Sequence record: NC_054894.1
Length of the DNA stretch: 49,526 bases
Origin: Escherichia phage Henu7
Strand: one strand, 5' to 3'
Positions 34,029-45,600 of the stretch are shown here, one piece after another. Below the pieces are notes generated by a model that ran no database searches, was not told the origin of the DNA, and saw only the letters and a program-made list of their open reading frames with translations. Position numbers and translations under genes: made by a program. Positions within the stretch are counted from its first letter, which is position 1. Every line of letters begins with the position of its first letter.

Positions 34029-34427
34029 ATGAATCAAGATGTTATTGACCAGATCGTAAAAATTGCGCCTCCTTTCGCTGGTGTTGATCCAGCTTTACTA
34101 CAGGCGTGGGTTGAGCTAGCAGAGGAGTTTGTTTGTAAGAAGCGTTTCAAGGACTCATACACCAAAGCGGTTGCGCTCTACACTTTGCACCTCATGACTC
34201 TTGACGGAGCCATGAAGCAAGAAGGGGAAAGCGTAGAATCATACTCTCAGCGCGTCGCGTCATTCTCCCTGACTGGTGAGTTTTCGCAGACGTTTGATCG
34301 CGTCTCCTCAGATTCCTCAGGCAAGGAGATCCGACAAACTCCGTGGGGGAAAATGTATGAGGCTTTAAACCGCAAGAGAGGCGGAGGGTTTGGGCTTGTA
34401 ACTGGATTGCGCCGGAGGTCTTGCTGA
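34029..34427 (+). CDS. head-tail connector / head completion protein
   Basis: Synteny after capsid genes; size 132 aa. Confidence 0.4.
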   Translation: MNQDVIDQIVKIAPPFAGVDPALLQAWVELAEEFVCKKRFKDSYTKAVALYTLHLMTLDGAMKQEGESVESYSQRVASFSLTGEFSQTFDRVSSDSSGKEIRQTPWGKMYEALNRKRGGGFGLVTGLRRRSC

Positions 34428-34798
34428 TGAATTACGCTAACATTGCACGAATGGCTAAATCTGGAATCGCGTTTTTCAGTGATCGTAATGGGGTGTTTAA
34501 GCTTATCACTAGCGGAGGCGGCGTTGAGATTGTCGGCGGAGTTGAGGTTGAAAAGCCGGAGCAATCCACAACAATTAAGGGGCTTATTCGAGCGCCAAAA
34601 GTCCGAGAGGTTGACGGAGAAACAATCCGTGTGACGGACAAGCTGGGAGTGTTTGACGCAGACATTGAGATCAAGAACGGAAACCAGATCGAGGTTGACG
34701 GCGAGCGGTATGTTGTCGTTGAGGCAAGACCAATCAGACCGACAGGGCTAACGGTTGCTTATCGCCCGATACTGCGGAGGGTTGCGGTTCATGGCTAA
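34421..34798 (+). CDS. head-tail adaptor-like protein
   Basis: Synteny; overlaps neighbouring genes. Confidence 0.35.
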   Translation: MLMNYANIARMAKSGIAFFSDRNGVFKLITSGGGVEIVGGVEVEKPEQSTTIKGLIRAPKVREVDGETIRVTDKLGVFDADIEIKNGNQIEVDGERYVVVEARPIRPTGLTVAYRPILRRVAVHG

Positions 34799-35231
34799 CT
34801 ATTCGATCCGAGAGTTTCAGGGTAATATTGACAAGTGGATAAGCGCGGTTGAGAGCGGACTAACTGATTGCATTGATATTTTCGGCGGTAAAGTTCAGGA
34901 AGCGCTCGTTAATGGATCGCCAGTTGATACTGGAAGATTCCGAGGAAACTGGCAGGTAACAGCAAACGAGCCTCCGCTATACGCGCTCAACCAGTACGAC
35001 AAGGACGGAAGCAAAACAATCGCATACGGAGAGCGAGCCATTCGCGCCATAATGCGCGGCGGCGGTGCGGTTCGCGCTATCTACTTTTCAAATATGCTTA
35101 TCTACGCCAACGCGCTAGAATACGGACACTCAAAACAGGCTCCCGCTGGCGTTGTTGGTATCGTTGCAATTCGCTTACGCTCATTCATGGCGGAGGCTAT
35201 TAGAGAGTCGAGGGCTAAAAATGGATTATGA
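34791..35231 (+). CDS. neck / tail component protein
   Basis: ATG 34791 with GGAGGG RBS; synteny. Confidence 0.35.
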   Translation: MANYSIREFQGNIDKWISAVESGLTDCIDIFGGKVQEALVNGSPVDTGRFRGNWQVTANEPPLYALNQYDKDGSKTIAYGERAIRAIMRGGGAVRAIYFSNMLIYANALEYGHSKQAPAGVVGIVAIRLRSFMAEAIRESRAKNGL

Positions 35232-35622
35232 TCTCATGCTGGCGGCACGCAAGGCATTCGCCGCCGAATACGAAAACAGATACGCAATCGCCTATGAAAA
35301 CGTTGAGTTTACGCCTCCTGGCGATGGCTCTATGTGGTTGGCGTTTCACTACGTTGAATCTGAGCCGTTGAGGTTGTCGCTTGATCGCAAATGCGTTTCT
35401 TATATGGGGATGGTTCAGATCAATGTCACGTTTGCGCCTGGCACTGGAACAGAGAAGCCGCGCAAGCTGGCAAAAGAGATTGCTGATTTTTTCAAAGATG
35501 GTAAAATGCTTGACGTGGGCTACATCTACGAGGGCGCTAGCGTCCGGTCAGTCCAGAAATCAGAAACGGGCTGGATTGTTCCGATCCGGTTTGTTGTAAG
35601 AGTTGACACAAAAGGAGAATAA
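35221..35622 (+). CDS. tail completion / terminator protein
   Basis: ATG 35221 with GAGGG RBS; synteny. Confidence 0.35.
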   Translation: MDYDLMLAARKAFAAEYENRYAIAYENVEFTPPGDGSMWLAFHYVESEPLRLSLDRKCVSYMGMVQINVTFAPGTGTEKPRKLAKEIADFFKDGKMLDVGYIYEGASVRSVQKSETGWIVPIRFVVRVDTKGE

Positions 35623-35623
35623 C

Positions 35624-36283
35624 ATGCATCTTCCAAACGGTTCACAGATTTTTATCGAAGCGTCTCGCGGCTCAGAGCTTTCCGCTAGCGCAATCAGCAA
35701 CGCAGAAAAGCCAGTTTTCACAATGGCTGATACTGGCGATCTCGAAAAGGGTAATTACGTCATTGTAACTGAGTCCTCGTGGGGTAAACTGCTTGATCGC
35801 GTACTGCGCGTTAGCGAGGTTTCCAGCAACTCAAGCGCAACGCTTGAAGGTATCGACACCACTGATACCAACGTGTTCCCTGCCGGAGCAACAGCGAAGA
35901 TCGCAAAGATTAACGCGTGGTCTGAAATCCCTTGCGTTCAGGATCTTGCGCAGGACGGCGGCGAGCAGCAGTATTATACTTATCAGTGCTTGTCCGACGA
36001 TCAAGAGCAGCAGCTACCTACCTATAAGAGCGCTGTTTCCCTGACGTACACCTTTGCGCACGAGTACGACAACTTGATCTATCCTCTGCTGCGTAAAGCA
36101 GATGAAAGCGGCGAAGTCACAGCAATGCGTATGTACGTACCGAAAGCGAAGGAAATGCGTTGCTGGGCTGGCGTGCTGTCATTCAACGAGATCCCGCAAA
36201 CTGCGGTTAACGAAATGGAAACTGTTTCCCTTTCTTGCTCGCTGAAAGGCCGATACACATTCCTTCCTGTATCACAGGATTAA
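35624..36283 (+). CDS. major tail protein
   Basis: RBS AAGGAG before ATG 35624; followed by strong terminator and then chaperone and tape-measure genes. Confidence 0.5.
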   Translation: MHLPNGSQIFIEASRGSELSASAISNAEKPVFTMADTGDLEKGNYVIVTESSWGKLLDRVLRVSEVSSNSSATLEGIDTTDTNVFPAGATAKIAKINAWSEIPCVQDLAQDGGEQQYYTYQCLSDDQEQQLPTYKSAVSLTYTFAHEYDNLIYPLLRKADESGEVTAMRMYVPKAKEMRCWAGVLSFNEIPQTAVNEMETVSLSCSLKGRYTFLPVSQD

Positions 36284-36287
36284 TCAC

Positions 36288-36312
36288 AAGGGGCGTTGCG
36301 CCCCTTTTTTAT
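36288..36312 (+). terminator. intrinsic terminator
   Basis: Hairpin GGGGCGTTGCGCCCC followed by TTTTTT. Confidence 0.75.
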
Positions 36313-36358
36313 TTGATGTAATATTACCCCAACATTTAACCACTAAGGAGAAACACCA

Positions 36359-36673
36359 ATGGCTAAAATGAAATTGACTCTTGCCCCGCTTCCAGACTTC
36401 AAACTTCCAGTTAAATTTGTGTTGCCGGATGGTAACGAGCAAAAAATTGTGTTTACAGTTAAGCATAAAAAGGCAAGCGAGATTCAAGCACTTTACCAGA
36501 AAGAAGGCATTAAAGATCCAGAATTCATCATGAATGTTGCGTCAGGTTGGGATCTGGAAGAAGAATTCAACGAAGAAAACGCGCAACTGTTAGTTGATTA
36601 TTACCCTAGCGCGGCGCTGGCACTAATGGGATCTTATTTAAGCGCTCTGGCAGGGCAGCGAGTAAAAAACTAA
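36359..36673 (+). CDS. tail assembly chaperone (G-like)
   Basis: Position between major tail and tape-measure genes; ends just after slippery heptamer A_AAA_AAC. Confidence 0.65.
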   Translation: MAKMKLTLAPLPDFKLPVKFVLPDGNEQKIVFTVKHKKASEIQALYQKEGIKDPEFIMNVASGWDLEEEFNEENAQLLVDYYPSAALALMGSYLSALAGQRVKN

Positions 36674-36987
36674 AACGGGCGGTTTATCTGTACTACCAGA
36701 AGCCGCCCACAGATGCAGAGCTTGAGGCCGTAGGTTTAACCCGCGCAGACTATGAAGGCGAGGAGCCGCCGGAAGTTATATTTGATGAATCAATGATGCA
36801 GTCATGGGATGTATTCTGCGCAATGCAGACTCAATGGCGATCTGCTGGTGGCGGCGCTTATGGCCTTGATTACAATGTTTTGCCTATGTTGTTCAAAATC
36901 TATAAAATAGACGATGAAGAAATGGCATTGAACGACTTGCGGATCATGGAAAGTAAAGCGCTCGAAATGATGCACGCAGGAAAATAA
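36359..36987 (+). CDS. tail assembly chaperone GT-like fusion via programmed -1 frameshift
   Basis: Slippery heptamer A AAA AAC at 36664..36670; the -1 frame is open from 36610 to the stop at 36987; this matches the conserved G/GT arrangement upstream of the tape measure. Confidence 0.6.
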
Positions 36988-36988
36988 A

Positions 36989-37015
36989 CGAGCGCCTTTT
37001 GGCGCTCTTTTCTTA
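36989..37015 (+). terminator. intrinsic terminator
   Basis: Hairpin AGCGCCTTTTGGCGCT followed by a T-rich run. Confidence 0.6.
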
Positions 37016-37029
37016 TCTGGAGGTACTTA

Positions 37030-40000
37030 ATGGCGGAACAATACGCAGGCTTGACGTTAGGCGTTGACGTTCAGCAGGTAAACAACGCAGTTAAATCCCT
37101 GAGGGATTTTAAGACCGCTTCCGAGGGTGCGGCTGATGGTCTTGAGTCTTTCGTCAATGAGGAGCAGATTGCCAGACAGAGAGCCAAAGATTTGGCCTCA
37201 GAGCTTGCAAAGCAGAGAAAGGAATTTCAGAGCGTACAGGCCGCAATAGATCCGACTGCGGCAAAAATGGAGCGACTAAAGGTTGCTGCGGCTGACCTTG
37301 ATAAGCTTTGGAAAAATGGAGTGGTTCCAGACGAGACATTTTTCCAGCTTGGAGAAATGATTGAGGCTCAGACAAACAAGCTTGCAGCAAACAGAAAAGC
37401 GTTAACGGCTGAGGGCATGGCGGCAATCGAGGAGTCAAAGCAGAAAGCTAAAGCGGCGGCTGAGGCTCAGAAATTCATTGCGGCTCTTGAGGCGCAAGCT
37501 GCTGCTGCTGGCAAGACGCAATCCGAACTGATGGAAATGAAAGCGGCTCAACTTGGTGTTACAGCGCAAGCGGCTCCATTCATTGAGAGAATGCGCCAGC
37601 AAGAGCAAGCGACACAGAAACTTGGAATCTCAATGGGTCAGTATAACCAAGCTATGCGAATGCTTCCGGCTCAGATCACTGACGTTGTAACGTCGCTTGC
37701 TTCCGGTATGCCTGTTTGGATGGTTGCAATTCAGCAGGGCGGTCAGATTAAGGACTCTTTCGGCAGCATAGGGAATGCATTTCAGGGGCTGAAAGATTTA
37801 ATCCTTGGTGCGGGCGTAGATATTAATGAATCTCTGGATGAAACCAGCGAAAACGCCAACGATCTTGCTGAGGGTTTTAATAATATAGCCGATGCTGGCG
37901 GTAGGGTTGGCGGTCTCGCTAGGTTCATTAACCCAGTAACCATCGGTGCGGTTGCCCTTGTTGGTGCTATCGCAGCAATTGCAAAAGCTGGTTTCGATGC
38001 GTGGAAGTCACAAAGGGATCTGGCTAATGCTTTGGTAATTACTGGTGGATATGCTGCCACTACCACAGGGCAGATTGACGATCTGGCGAATGAATTGAGC
38101 GAGACTTCAAGCGCAACTTCCGGAAGAATCAAGGATATCGCGTCAACTTTGGCATCCTCTGGGAAATACACTGTTAGCCAGATTAAGACCATTACCAAGA
38201 CTACTGCGGAATGGGAAGCGCAAACAGGAGAGAGCAGCGATAAAATCAAAGGGTACTTTGACATGATTTTAAAAGATCCTGTCAAGGGTCTTGTCGAACT
38301 TAACGATAAATTCAACTTCCTGAATGAAGGGCAGCTAACCTATATTGATACACTGAGCAAAACCAAGGGCGAGGTAGCAGCAGCAGATGAAGCGACAAAA
38401 CTATTTGCTGAAACGATGGATAAGCGACTGAAAGATGTGGCTGACAGCGCAACACCTCTTGAAGATATGTGGATGGATATCAAGAAGTGGGCGTCAGATG
38501 CATGGGATTGGGTTGGGGATCACACGATGGCGGCGCTTAACCTGATCATTGACGTTGTAGCCGGAACGGTTGAGCAGGTTCGTTATTTGCTTAATCAGGG
38601 TGATATTCTCATTGGTGAATTTATTATATCTGCAACAAATGCTATGCAAAAAATACCTGGTCTTGATGGTGTTGGTGACTCAGTAATTGCAAAGCAACAG
38701 AATATTATAAATAACGCTAAGGAGAACAACAAGGAGCTATTAAAATCAATTGCCGAACGTAACGAGCGAGTCAAAAAAGGCGAGCAGGGTTACATTGACA
38801 TGATGAAAAATCGTGCAGCGGTTGAACAGCAATATGCGACAAAAACAAAAGAGAATATCAGGAAGGAAGCCGAGGAATTAGCTAAGCGCAACAAAAAGCA
38901 AAAGGCTGAAAAAGCTAAGGTATCGGCTGGCGATAAGCTGGAAGAACAATATCAGCGTGATATCCTTGCGCTAGAAACTCAATTAAGAGTTTTGAAAGAG
39001 CACAAGACGATCACAGATACAATAAGCCAGCAACGTAAATCTTTATGGGCTGAACAAGCTAAAATTCAGATTTTGCAAGAAGCCTCAACAAAACGGCAAC
39101 TTACTGATGAAGAAAAAAGCATTTTAGCAAACAAAGATAAGATCCTGGCGATGGCTGAACAAAAAGCTATTTTGGGCGATCAGATTGTTGCGCAAACGCG
39201 CCTTAATCAGTTGCAAGATAGCTCAATCAAGTTTATCCAGCAGCAGAAAGCAGCAACGGAAGCACTAGCCAAAACCAGAGGGTTAAGTGAACGTGAAGCA
39301 GCAAGAGCGGAGGAACGTGCAAAGGTTGAGGCTGATTATCTTGCCAAAGGAGGCAAGGAAGGAGATCCGCAACTCACCGCAATGATGGATGAATTAGACA
39401 ATCGCTATAAAGAGGAAGATGCTAAACGTGCTGATTGGTTGGCTGGCGCTAAAAATGCCTTTGCGGAGTACGGCGAGGAAGCAATGAACATGTATGATAA
39501 TATCGGCAACATTGCGAGCCAGGCGCTAAACGGCCTATCGCAACAAATGTCTGATTTTTTGACTACTGGACAAGCCAGCTTCAAAGACTTTGCAAAATCG
39601 ATCATTAGCATGATTGTTCAGATGATCACAAAGATGGTTATCTTCAATAGCATTTCCGGCATGATGGGCGGCTCAACCTGGACAATGGGATCGCTAATGA
39701 GCGGCTTCTCGTCTGGTGGGTACACTGGCGACGGCGGAAAGTATGATCCGGCTGGCATTGTTCACAAAGGCGAGTTTGTTTTCACTAAGGAAGCAACGCA
39801 GCGAATCGGCGCTCGTAACCTTTACCGCCTGATGCGTGGATATGCAAACGGCGGCAGCGTTGGCGGCTCAGGTTACAGCAGGGCTTCAACTGGCGGCGCT
39901 GGACTTGCTTACTCGTTCGGTGATATCAACGTTGATATCAACAACGGGAGCGATCCAAAAGGTCTTGAAACTGGTGTTAGAATGCTTGTTGCTGATATGC

Positions 40001-40059
40001 TCAAGCGTGAAATGGGTCAAGGCGGCAGCATTTATAATTTCGTTATGGAAAGGAGGTAA
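37030..40059 (+). CDS. tail tape measure protein
   Basis: 1009 aa, coiled-coil-rich, Gly-rich C-terminal region; canonical position. Confidence 0.85.
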   Translation: MAEQYAGLTLGVDVQQVNNAVKSLRDFKTASEGAADGLESFVNEEQIARQRAKDLASELAKQRKEFQSVQAAIDPTAAKMERLKVAAADLDKLWKNGVVPDETFFQLGEMIEAQTNKLAANRKALTAEGMAAIEESKQKAKAAAEAQKFIAALEAQAAAAGKTQSELMEMKAAQLGVTAQAAPFIERMRQQEQATQKLGISMGQYNQAMRMLPAQITDVVTSLASGMPVWMVAIQQGGQIKDSFGSIGNAFQGLKDLILGAGVDINESLDETSENANDLAEGFNNIADAGGRVGGLARFINPVTIGAVALVGAIAAIAKAGFDAWKSQRDLANALVITGGYAATTTGQIDDLANELSETSSATSGRIKDIASTLASSGKYTVSQIKTITKTTAEWEAQTGESSDKIKGYFDMILKDPVKGLVELNDKFNFLNEGQLTYIDTLSKTKGEVAAADEATKLFAETMDKRLKDVADSATPLEDMWMDIKKWASDAWDWVGDHTMAALNLIIDVVAGTVEQVRYLLNQGDILIGEFIISATNAMQKIPGLDGVGDSVIAKQQNIINNAKENNKELLKSIAERNERVKKGEQGYIDMMKNRAAVEQQYATKTKENIRKEAEELAKRNKKQKAEKAKVSAGDKLEEQYQRDILALETQLRVLKEHKTITDTISQQRKSLWAEQAKIQILQEASTKRQLTDEEKSILANKDKILAMAEQKAILGDQIVAQTRLNQLQDSSIKFIQQQKAATEALAKTRGLSEREAARAEERAKVEADYLAKGGKEGDPQLTAMMDELDNRYKEEDAKRADWLAGAKNAFAEYGEEAMNMYDNIGNIASQALNGLSQQMSDFLTTGQASFKDFAKSIISMIVQMITKMVIFNSISGMMGGSTWTMGSLMSGFSSGGYTGDGGKYDPAGIVHKGEFVFTKEATQRIGARNLYRLMRGYANGGSVGGSGYSRASTGGAGLAYSFGDINVDINNGSDPKGLETGVRMLVADMLKREMGQGGSIYNFVMERR

Positions 40060-40061
40060 TT

Positions 40062-40415
40062 TTGGCTAACCTGGAGATGTTTAAATGGTGTACCCAAACG
40101 CAGGGAGGCGGAGGGAGCATGACGACTGAGGACACCGTGAGGGAGGTTGTTTTTGGGAATGGATACACGCAAGTTGCGTCGTCTGGTTTAAACATGACGA
40201 AGCGCAGCTTTAGTGTTATCTACGCTGGTGCTGATTACATGGATGTGATCAGCTTCATGCAAAGGCATCTTGTTAAACCTTTCGCGTGGATTGCGCCTGA
40301 TGGAAAGGCTGGATTGTTCAGGGTTAAATCTGGAACTATCGCAGCCAAGCCAATCTCCCCAACCGCTCAGGAGGTAGCGGCGACTTTCGTTGAGCAATTT
40401 ACCAGCATGGAATAA
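40062..40415 (+). CDS. minor tail protein (lambda M-like)
   Basis: 117 aa immediately after the tape measure. Confidence 0.55.
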   Translation: MANLEMFKWCTQTQGGGGSMTTEDTVREVVFGNGYTQVASSGLNMTKRSFSVIYAGADYMDVISFMQRHLVKPFAWIAPDGKAGLFRVKSGTIAAKPISPTAQEVAATFVEQFTSME

Positions 40416-40418
40416 TCA

Positions 40419-40443
40419 AAGCCGCCTTTGTGCGGCTTTTTTA
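40419..40443 (+). terminator. intrinsic terminator
   Basis: Hairpin AGCCGCCTTTGTGCGGCT followed by TTTTTT. Confidence 0.7.
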
Positions 40444-40485
40444 TTGGTGCTACAATATGCAATTATCACAAAAGGAGGTCTATCA

Positions 40486-41238
40486 ATGGCTACAGGTAAA
40501 GAAGAATTTGAGAACTGCTTACAGAGCCTTTACCCTGGCGAGATCATGACACTGGTAGAGGTTGACGGTACAAAGTTTGGCGCTGGCGTTTACCGATTCC
40601 ATAATGAGAATGTGCAATACACGCCGGAGGAGATCATGAAAGCGGTTGAGAGCGGCACGCTACCGCCAAAGGAGATTATCTTCCAGGGTGAGGCATACGG
40701 AGCGCGTCCTTTCGGAATTACTGGTATCAGCTTTACAAGTGACGGCAAAGCCGGAAAGCCGGAACTAACACTGTCAAACATTGACAGCCAGGTATCGGCA
40801 TTGATTCGTGCTTACAACGGCATGATGCAAGCAAAGGTCACAATATGGGTCACGTCAAAAGAAATGATTCAGAGTGACGGCAGCGTAAAAGACGGCGCTT
40901 ATCGCAAGCTTGTCTACTACGTCGAGCGCCCTAGCTACTGCAATAAGAGCATAGCCAGATTCGAGCTAACCTCTCCATATGATATGGATGGAATAATGAT
41001 CCCGCCACGAATCACTCAAAGCGTTTGCTATTGGGCGCAACGTGGATGGTATCGAAGCGGAAAGGGTTGCAGCTACAACGGATCGCGAATGTTCGACAAG
41101 GACAATAACCCTGTAACAGATCCGAGCCTTGACCAATGCGCGGGAACAGTAACGGCCTGTAAGTTGCGTTTTGGCGCGGATCAAGAGTTAGATTTTGGCG
41201 GCTGCGCAGTCGCATCACTTTTAAGGAGCTACCAATGA
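40486..41238 (+). CDS. minor tail protein (lambda L-like)
   Basis: RBS AAGGAGG before ATG 40486; C-terminal Cys cluster (possible Fe-S site as in lambda L). Confidence 0.6.
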   Translation: MATGKEEFENCLQSLYPGEIMTLVEVDGTKFGAGVYRFHNENVQYTPEEIMKAVESGTLPPKEIIFQGEAYGARPFGITGISFTSDGKAGKPELTLSNIDSQVSALIRAYNGMMQAKVTIWVTSKEMIQSDGSVKDGAYRKLVYYVERPSYCNKSIARFELTSPYDMDGIMIPPRITQSVCYWAQRGWYRSGKGCSYNGSRMFDKDNNPVTDPSLDQCAGTVTACKLRFGADQELDFGGCAVASLLRSYQ

Positions 41239-41951
41239 TTAGCGCAAAAATTAAACTGGAAATAATGCGCCACGCGCAGGACGTATACCCCGCTGAGTGT
41301 TGCGGGGTTGTAACCCAAAAGTCACGCGTCCAGCGATATCACCGAATCAATAACGTGCATGATGATCCAGAAAATCATTTCTTGATGGATGCAGACGAGT
41401 ACGCAGAGATTGAGGGAGGGGATCATGAGATTATCGCAATCGTTCACAGTCACACCGGAGACGGCGCAACAACGCTACCGAGCGCACACGATACTTGCAT
41501 GTGTGACGAAATGGGCGTGACTTGGGTTATCGTATCGCTTCCAGAGGGTGATATGAGAATGATTGAACCTGCAACGCGTCCTCTGATTGGTCGCCCGTGG
41601 TCGCTAGGATCGTATGATTGCTGGGGCTTGATTATGGCGTGGCACAAAGAGCAGGGCGTGATCCTTAATGACTTCCGCAAGCCTTACGAGTGGTGGAAGC
41701 CTGAATATGGCGAAAATCTATATCAGGAGAACTATCTGAAAGAGGGTTTCATTCCAACAGGTAAGGAGCCGGAGCCTGGCGATATGATCATAATGCAGCT
41801 TCAAGCGCCAGTATGGAACCATGCCGGAATCTACTTAGGCAATAATCAAATCCTGCATCATGCTTTTGGCAAGCTGTCAAGATCTGATATCTATTCTGGA
41901 TGGTATCAGGAGCACACGGTAATGATTTGCAGACATAAGGAGCTAAAGTAA
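41235..41951 (+). CDS. tail assembly protein (lambda K-like; JAB/MPN plus NlpC/P60)
   Basis: JAMM-like motif HSHTGDGATTLPSAHD; Cys/His pair DCWGL...HAGIY of NlpC/P60 type. Confidence 0.7.
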   Translation: MISAKIKLEIMRHAQDVYPAECCGVVTQKSRVQRYHRINNVHDDPENHFLMDADEYAEIEGGDHEIIAIVHSHTGDGATTLPSAHDTCMCDEMGVTWVIVSLPEGDMRMIEPATRPLIGRPWSLGSYDCWGLIMAWHKEQGVILNDFRKPYEWWKPEYGENLYQENYLKEGFIPTGKEPEPGDMIIMQLQAPVWNHAGIYLGNNQILHHAFGKLSRSDIYSGWYQEHTVMICRHKELK

Positions 41952-42550
41952 TGCAGACACTAAAGAGAATTAAGCTTTCCGGCTCGCTGGGGCGGCGTTT
42001 CGGCGTTTTTCATGAATTAGCCGTTGAATCATACCCCGAAGCGATTCGTGCTCTCTCTGTGGCGCTGGATGGCTTTAAAGACTATATGCAAAGTGAAGTT
42101 GGTTCGCGTATGCACTACGCCGTTTTTGTTGACGGGAAAAATGTAGGGCAGTATGACGAAAAGGCGTGGAAGTGCGGAAAGGAAATTCGAATCATCCCGA
42201 TCCCGTCCGGCTCAAAATCTGGCGGATTGTTCCAGGTTGTTTTAGGAGCAGCAATCATGGCTACGGCGTTCTTTACTGGCGGCGCATCACTTGCCGCAAT
42301 GGGCGCTCTATCCTCCTCAGCGTTCATGATGGGTGGCGCTATGGTTTTGGGTGGTGTTATGCAGATGATATCACCACAGCGCGGCGGTATGCAGATGGAA
42401 GTGAAGAGTACGGAAAACAAGCCGTCATATGCGTTCGGCGGCGCTGTAAATACCACGGCGGCTGGTTATCCATTACCCCTTCCATATGGCTATCGAACCG
42501 TTGGAGGAGCCATCTGGAGTTCAGGAAGCTATGCAGAGGACAAAGTATAA
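41951..42550 (+). CDS. tail assembly protein (lambda I-like)
   Basis: Position between K-like and J-like genes; Gly/Ala-rich hydrophobic C-terminal half. Confidence 0.55.
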   Translation: MQTLKRIKLSGSLGRRFGVFHELAVESYPEAIRALSVALDGFKDYMQSEVGSRMHYAVFVDGKNVGQYDEKAWKCGKEIRIIPIPSGSKSGGLFQVVLGAAIMATAFFTGGASLAAMGALSSSAFMMGGAMVLGGVMQMISPQRGGMQMEVKSTENKPSYAFGGAVNTTAAGYPLPLPYGYRTVGGAIWSSGSYAEDKV

Positions 42551-42554
42551 AACA

Positions 42555-42579
42555 AACCCCGCATTGCGGGGTTTTTTAT
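42555..42579 (+). terminator. intrinsic terminator
   Basis: Hairpin CCCCGCATTGCGGGG followed by TTTTTT. Confidence 0.75.
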
Positions 42580-42603
42580 TGGTTGCTATAATGCAACCTC
42601 AAA

Positions 42604-42622
42604 ACAGCACAAATTGTTAAAA
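42604..42622 (+). promoter_or_regulatory. degenerate palindromic element upstream of J-like gene
   Basis: ACAGCACAAATTGTTAAAA, preceded by hairpin GGTTGC-TATAAT-GCAACC at 42581..42598. Confidence 0.35.
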
Positions 42623-42637
42623 CTGGAGGCCAAAACT

Positions 42638-45600
42638 ATGATAAGCGGCAATAAGGGCGGCTCCTCTAAGCCGTATACGCCAAAGGAGATGGAGGATAAC
42701 CTGATCTCCATCAACAAAATCAAGATCCTCCTGGCGGTTTCAGACGGAGAGGTAGACGGCGAGTTTTCGCTAAAAAATCTCTACCTTGACGACGTGCCAG
42801 TGCAAAACGCAGACGGCTCGCTTAACTATAGCGGTGTTAGTGCTGAGTTCCGGCCAGGCACTCAAACGCAGGACTACATCAAGGGATTTTCAGACACGTC
42901 AAGCGAAGTAACAATTCAGCGAGATCTGGCGCAGAATAACCCTTACAGCATTGCGGTAACAAACAAATCACTATCTGCTATCAGGATCAAAATCCTGATG
43001 CCTCAGGGATACAAGCAGGAGGATAACGGCGATCTGGTTGGTGTATCAGTGCAATACGCGGTTGATATGGCTGTAGACGGCGGCTCATTCAAGCGAGTTC
43101 TGACTGATACGATCACTGGCAAGACAAAAAGCGGCTACGACCGCAGCCAGCGAATCGACCTGCCAGCATTCAACGAGCAGGTGATTTTGCGCGTTAGCCG
43201 AATCACGCCGGACTCTAACACAGGACGAGTTGTTGACGCGATCAGATTGCAGAGCTATGCGGAGGTTGTTGATGCAAAATTCCGTTACCCTCTGACTGGT
43301 CTTGTTTATGTTGAGTTTGATAGCGAGCTTTTCCCGACTCAGCTACCGAACATTTCTATCAAGAAGAAATGGAAGCTGATCAAGGTTCCTGTTAACTACG
43401 ATCCAGATTCGCGCACCTATAGCGGATCATGGAATGGTTTATTCAAGACTGCGTGGAGCAATAACCCTGCCTGGGTTCTGTATGACCTGATCACCAATCA
43501 GCGCTACGGACTCGACCAAAGGGAGCTTGGGATTGAGATCGACAAGTGGAGCATCTACGAGGCTGCGCAATATTGCGATCAGATGGTTCCAGATGGCAAG
43601 GGAGGTTTAGAGCCTCGCTATCTTTGTGATGTGGTTATCCAGAGCCAGATTGAGGCGTTTAACCTTATCCGCGATATTTGCTCAATCTTCCGTGGTATGA
43701 GCTTTTGGAACGGCGAGAGCCTTTCTATCGTGGTGGATAAGCCGCGCGATCCGTCTTACATTTTCAGCAATGACAACGTGGTAAACGGCGATTTTCAGTA
43801 CACATTTGCTAGCGAGAAAAGCATGTATACGCAGTGCAACGTGACTTTCGACGACGAGCAAAACATGTACAGCCAGGATATTGAGGGCGTTTTCGACACT
43901 GAGGCCGCTTTGCGTTTTGGTCACAATCCGACAAGTATCACAGCAATCGGATGCACACGACGCAGCGAGGCGAACCGACGAGGGCGCTGGATTCTCAAGA
44001 CTAACCTGCGCAGCACTACGGTAAACTTTGCAACAGGTCTTGAGGGTATGATCCCGACAATCGGAGACGTGATCGCAATCGCGGATAACTTCTGGTCAAG
44101 TAACTTGACGCTGAATCTTTCGGGGCGCGTCATGGAGGTTTCAGGGCTGCAAGTTTTCCTCCCGTTCCGAGTTGATGCGCGGCCTGGTGATTTTATCCTG
44201 ATAAACAAGCCGGACGGAAAGCCAGTTAAGCGCACTATCTCACGAGTTAGCGCAGACGGGAAAACTATTGAGTTAAACGTTGGCTTTGGTTTCGACGTTA
44301 AGCCGGACACGGTTTTCGCAATCGACAGGACTGATCTTGCGTTGCAGCAGTACGTTGTTACCGGAATAACAAGGGGCGACGATACGGAGCAATTCACGTA
44401 CTCAATAACGGCGGTCGAATACGATCCAAACAAGTACGACGAGATTGATTACGGAGTGAACATTGACGACAGGCCAACAAGCATTGTAAACCCTGGAGTG
44501 ATGAGAGCGCCTGAAAATGTGCAGGTGTCCTCTTACTCTCGCATTGTTCAGGGGCAGAGCGTAGAAACGATGGTTGTTAGCTGGGATAAAGTCGAATACG
44601 CAAGCTTGTACGATGTGCAATGGAGAAAGGACAATAGCAACTGGCTAAACGTTCCTCAGACTGCAAACAAAGAGGTTAGCGTTGAGGGTATTTACTCAGG
44701 CAACTACTTTGTAAGGGTTCGATCAGTATCCGCTTCTGGAAGCACATCGCCTTGGTCTGGCGTTGTTTCCGCCGCATTAACTGGCAAGGTTGGAGAGCCT
44801 AAAATGCCTATTAACTTGACAGCCTCAGATAATGAGATATTTGGGATCCGCGTCAAGTGGGGTATGCCGGAGGGTGCTGGAGATACTGCTTACATAGAGC
44901 TACAGCAAGCGCCGGACGTAGACGGAATGGCTAGCGAAGAAAACGCAACACTGCTAACTCTCGTTCCGTATCCTCAAATGGAGTATTGGCACGCAACGTT
45001 ACCACCTGGATATATCAACTGGTATCGAGTGCGAAGTGTTGACAGGATCGGAAACGTTTCTGCATGGACTGACTTTGTGCGCGGTATGTCGTCAACTAAC
45101 GTTGATGATGTTTTAGGCGACATTCTTGATGATATTTTAAACTCTGCTGGGTTTGAGGAGTTCAAAGAGAATGCCGTAGATACTGCAAACAAGGTTAAAG
45201 ACCAGGCGCAAAGCGTGATCCAGAATGCGCTAGCTATTGATACTAATCTACGCTGGAACCGAGTAGAAAACGGGAAGCGTAAAGCGGAGCACGGACAGGC
45301 GCTGGAGCTTATCGCTAACGAGACTGAGGCGCGAATTCAGGCGGTTGATGTTCTGCGCACTGAGTTTGACGAGGGTATCTCCTCTAACATTACAGAGGTT
45401 AAAACCCTTATCTCTAACGAGGCGGAGACGCGAGCGAGCCAGGTTCAGCAGCTTGAATCTACGTTCACAACAGAGATCGGAAAGACAAACGCAAACGTGA
45501 GTAGCGCACAGCAAGCGATTGCAAAAGAGACTGAGGCAAGGACTCAAGCGGTTAGCTCTCTTGACTCCAAGTTTACAGGGCAGATCAATGGCGTTAAGCA

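Noticed and set aside
37782-38315. 177-aa minus-strand ORF inside the tape measure gene
   Set aside because: Antisense shadow ORF within a large, well-supported gene.-
43921-44433. 170-aa minus-strand ORF inside the J-like gene
   Set aside because: Antisense shadow ORF; no RBS or promoter.-
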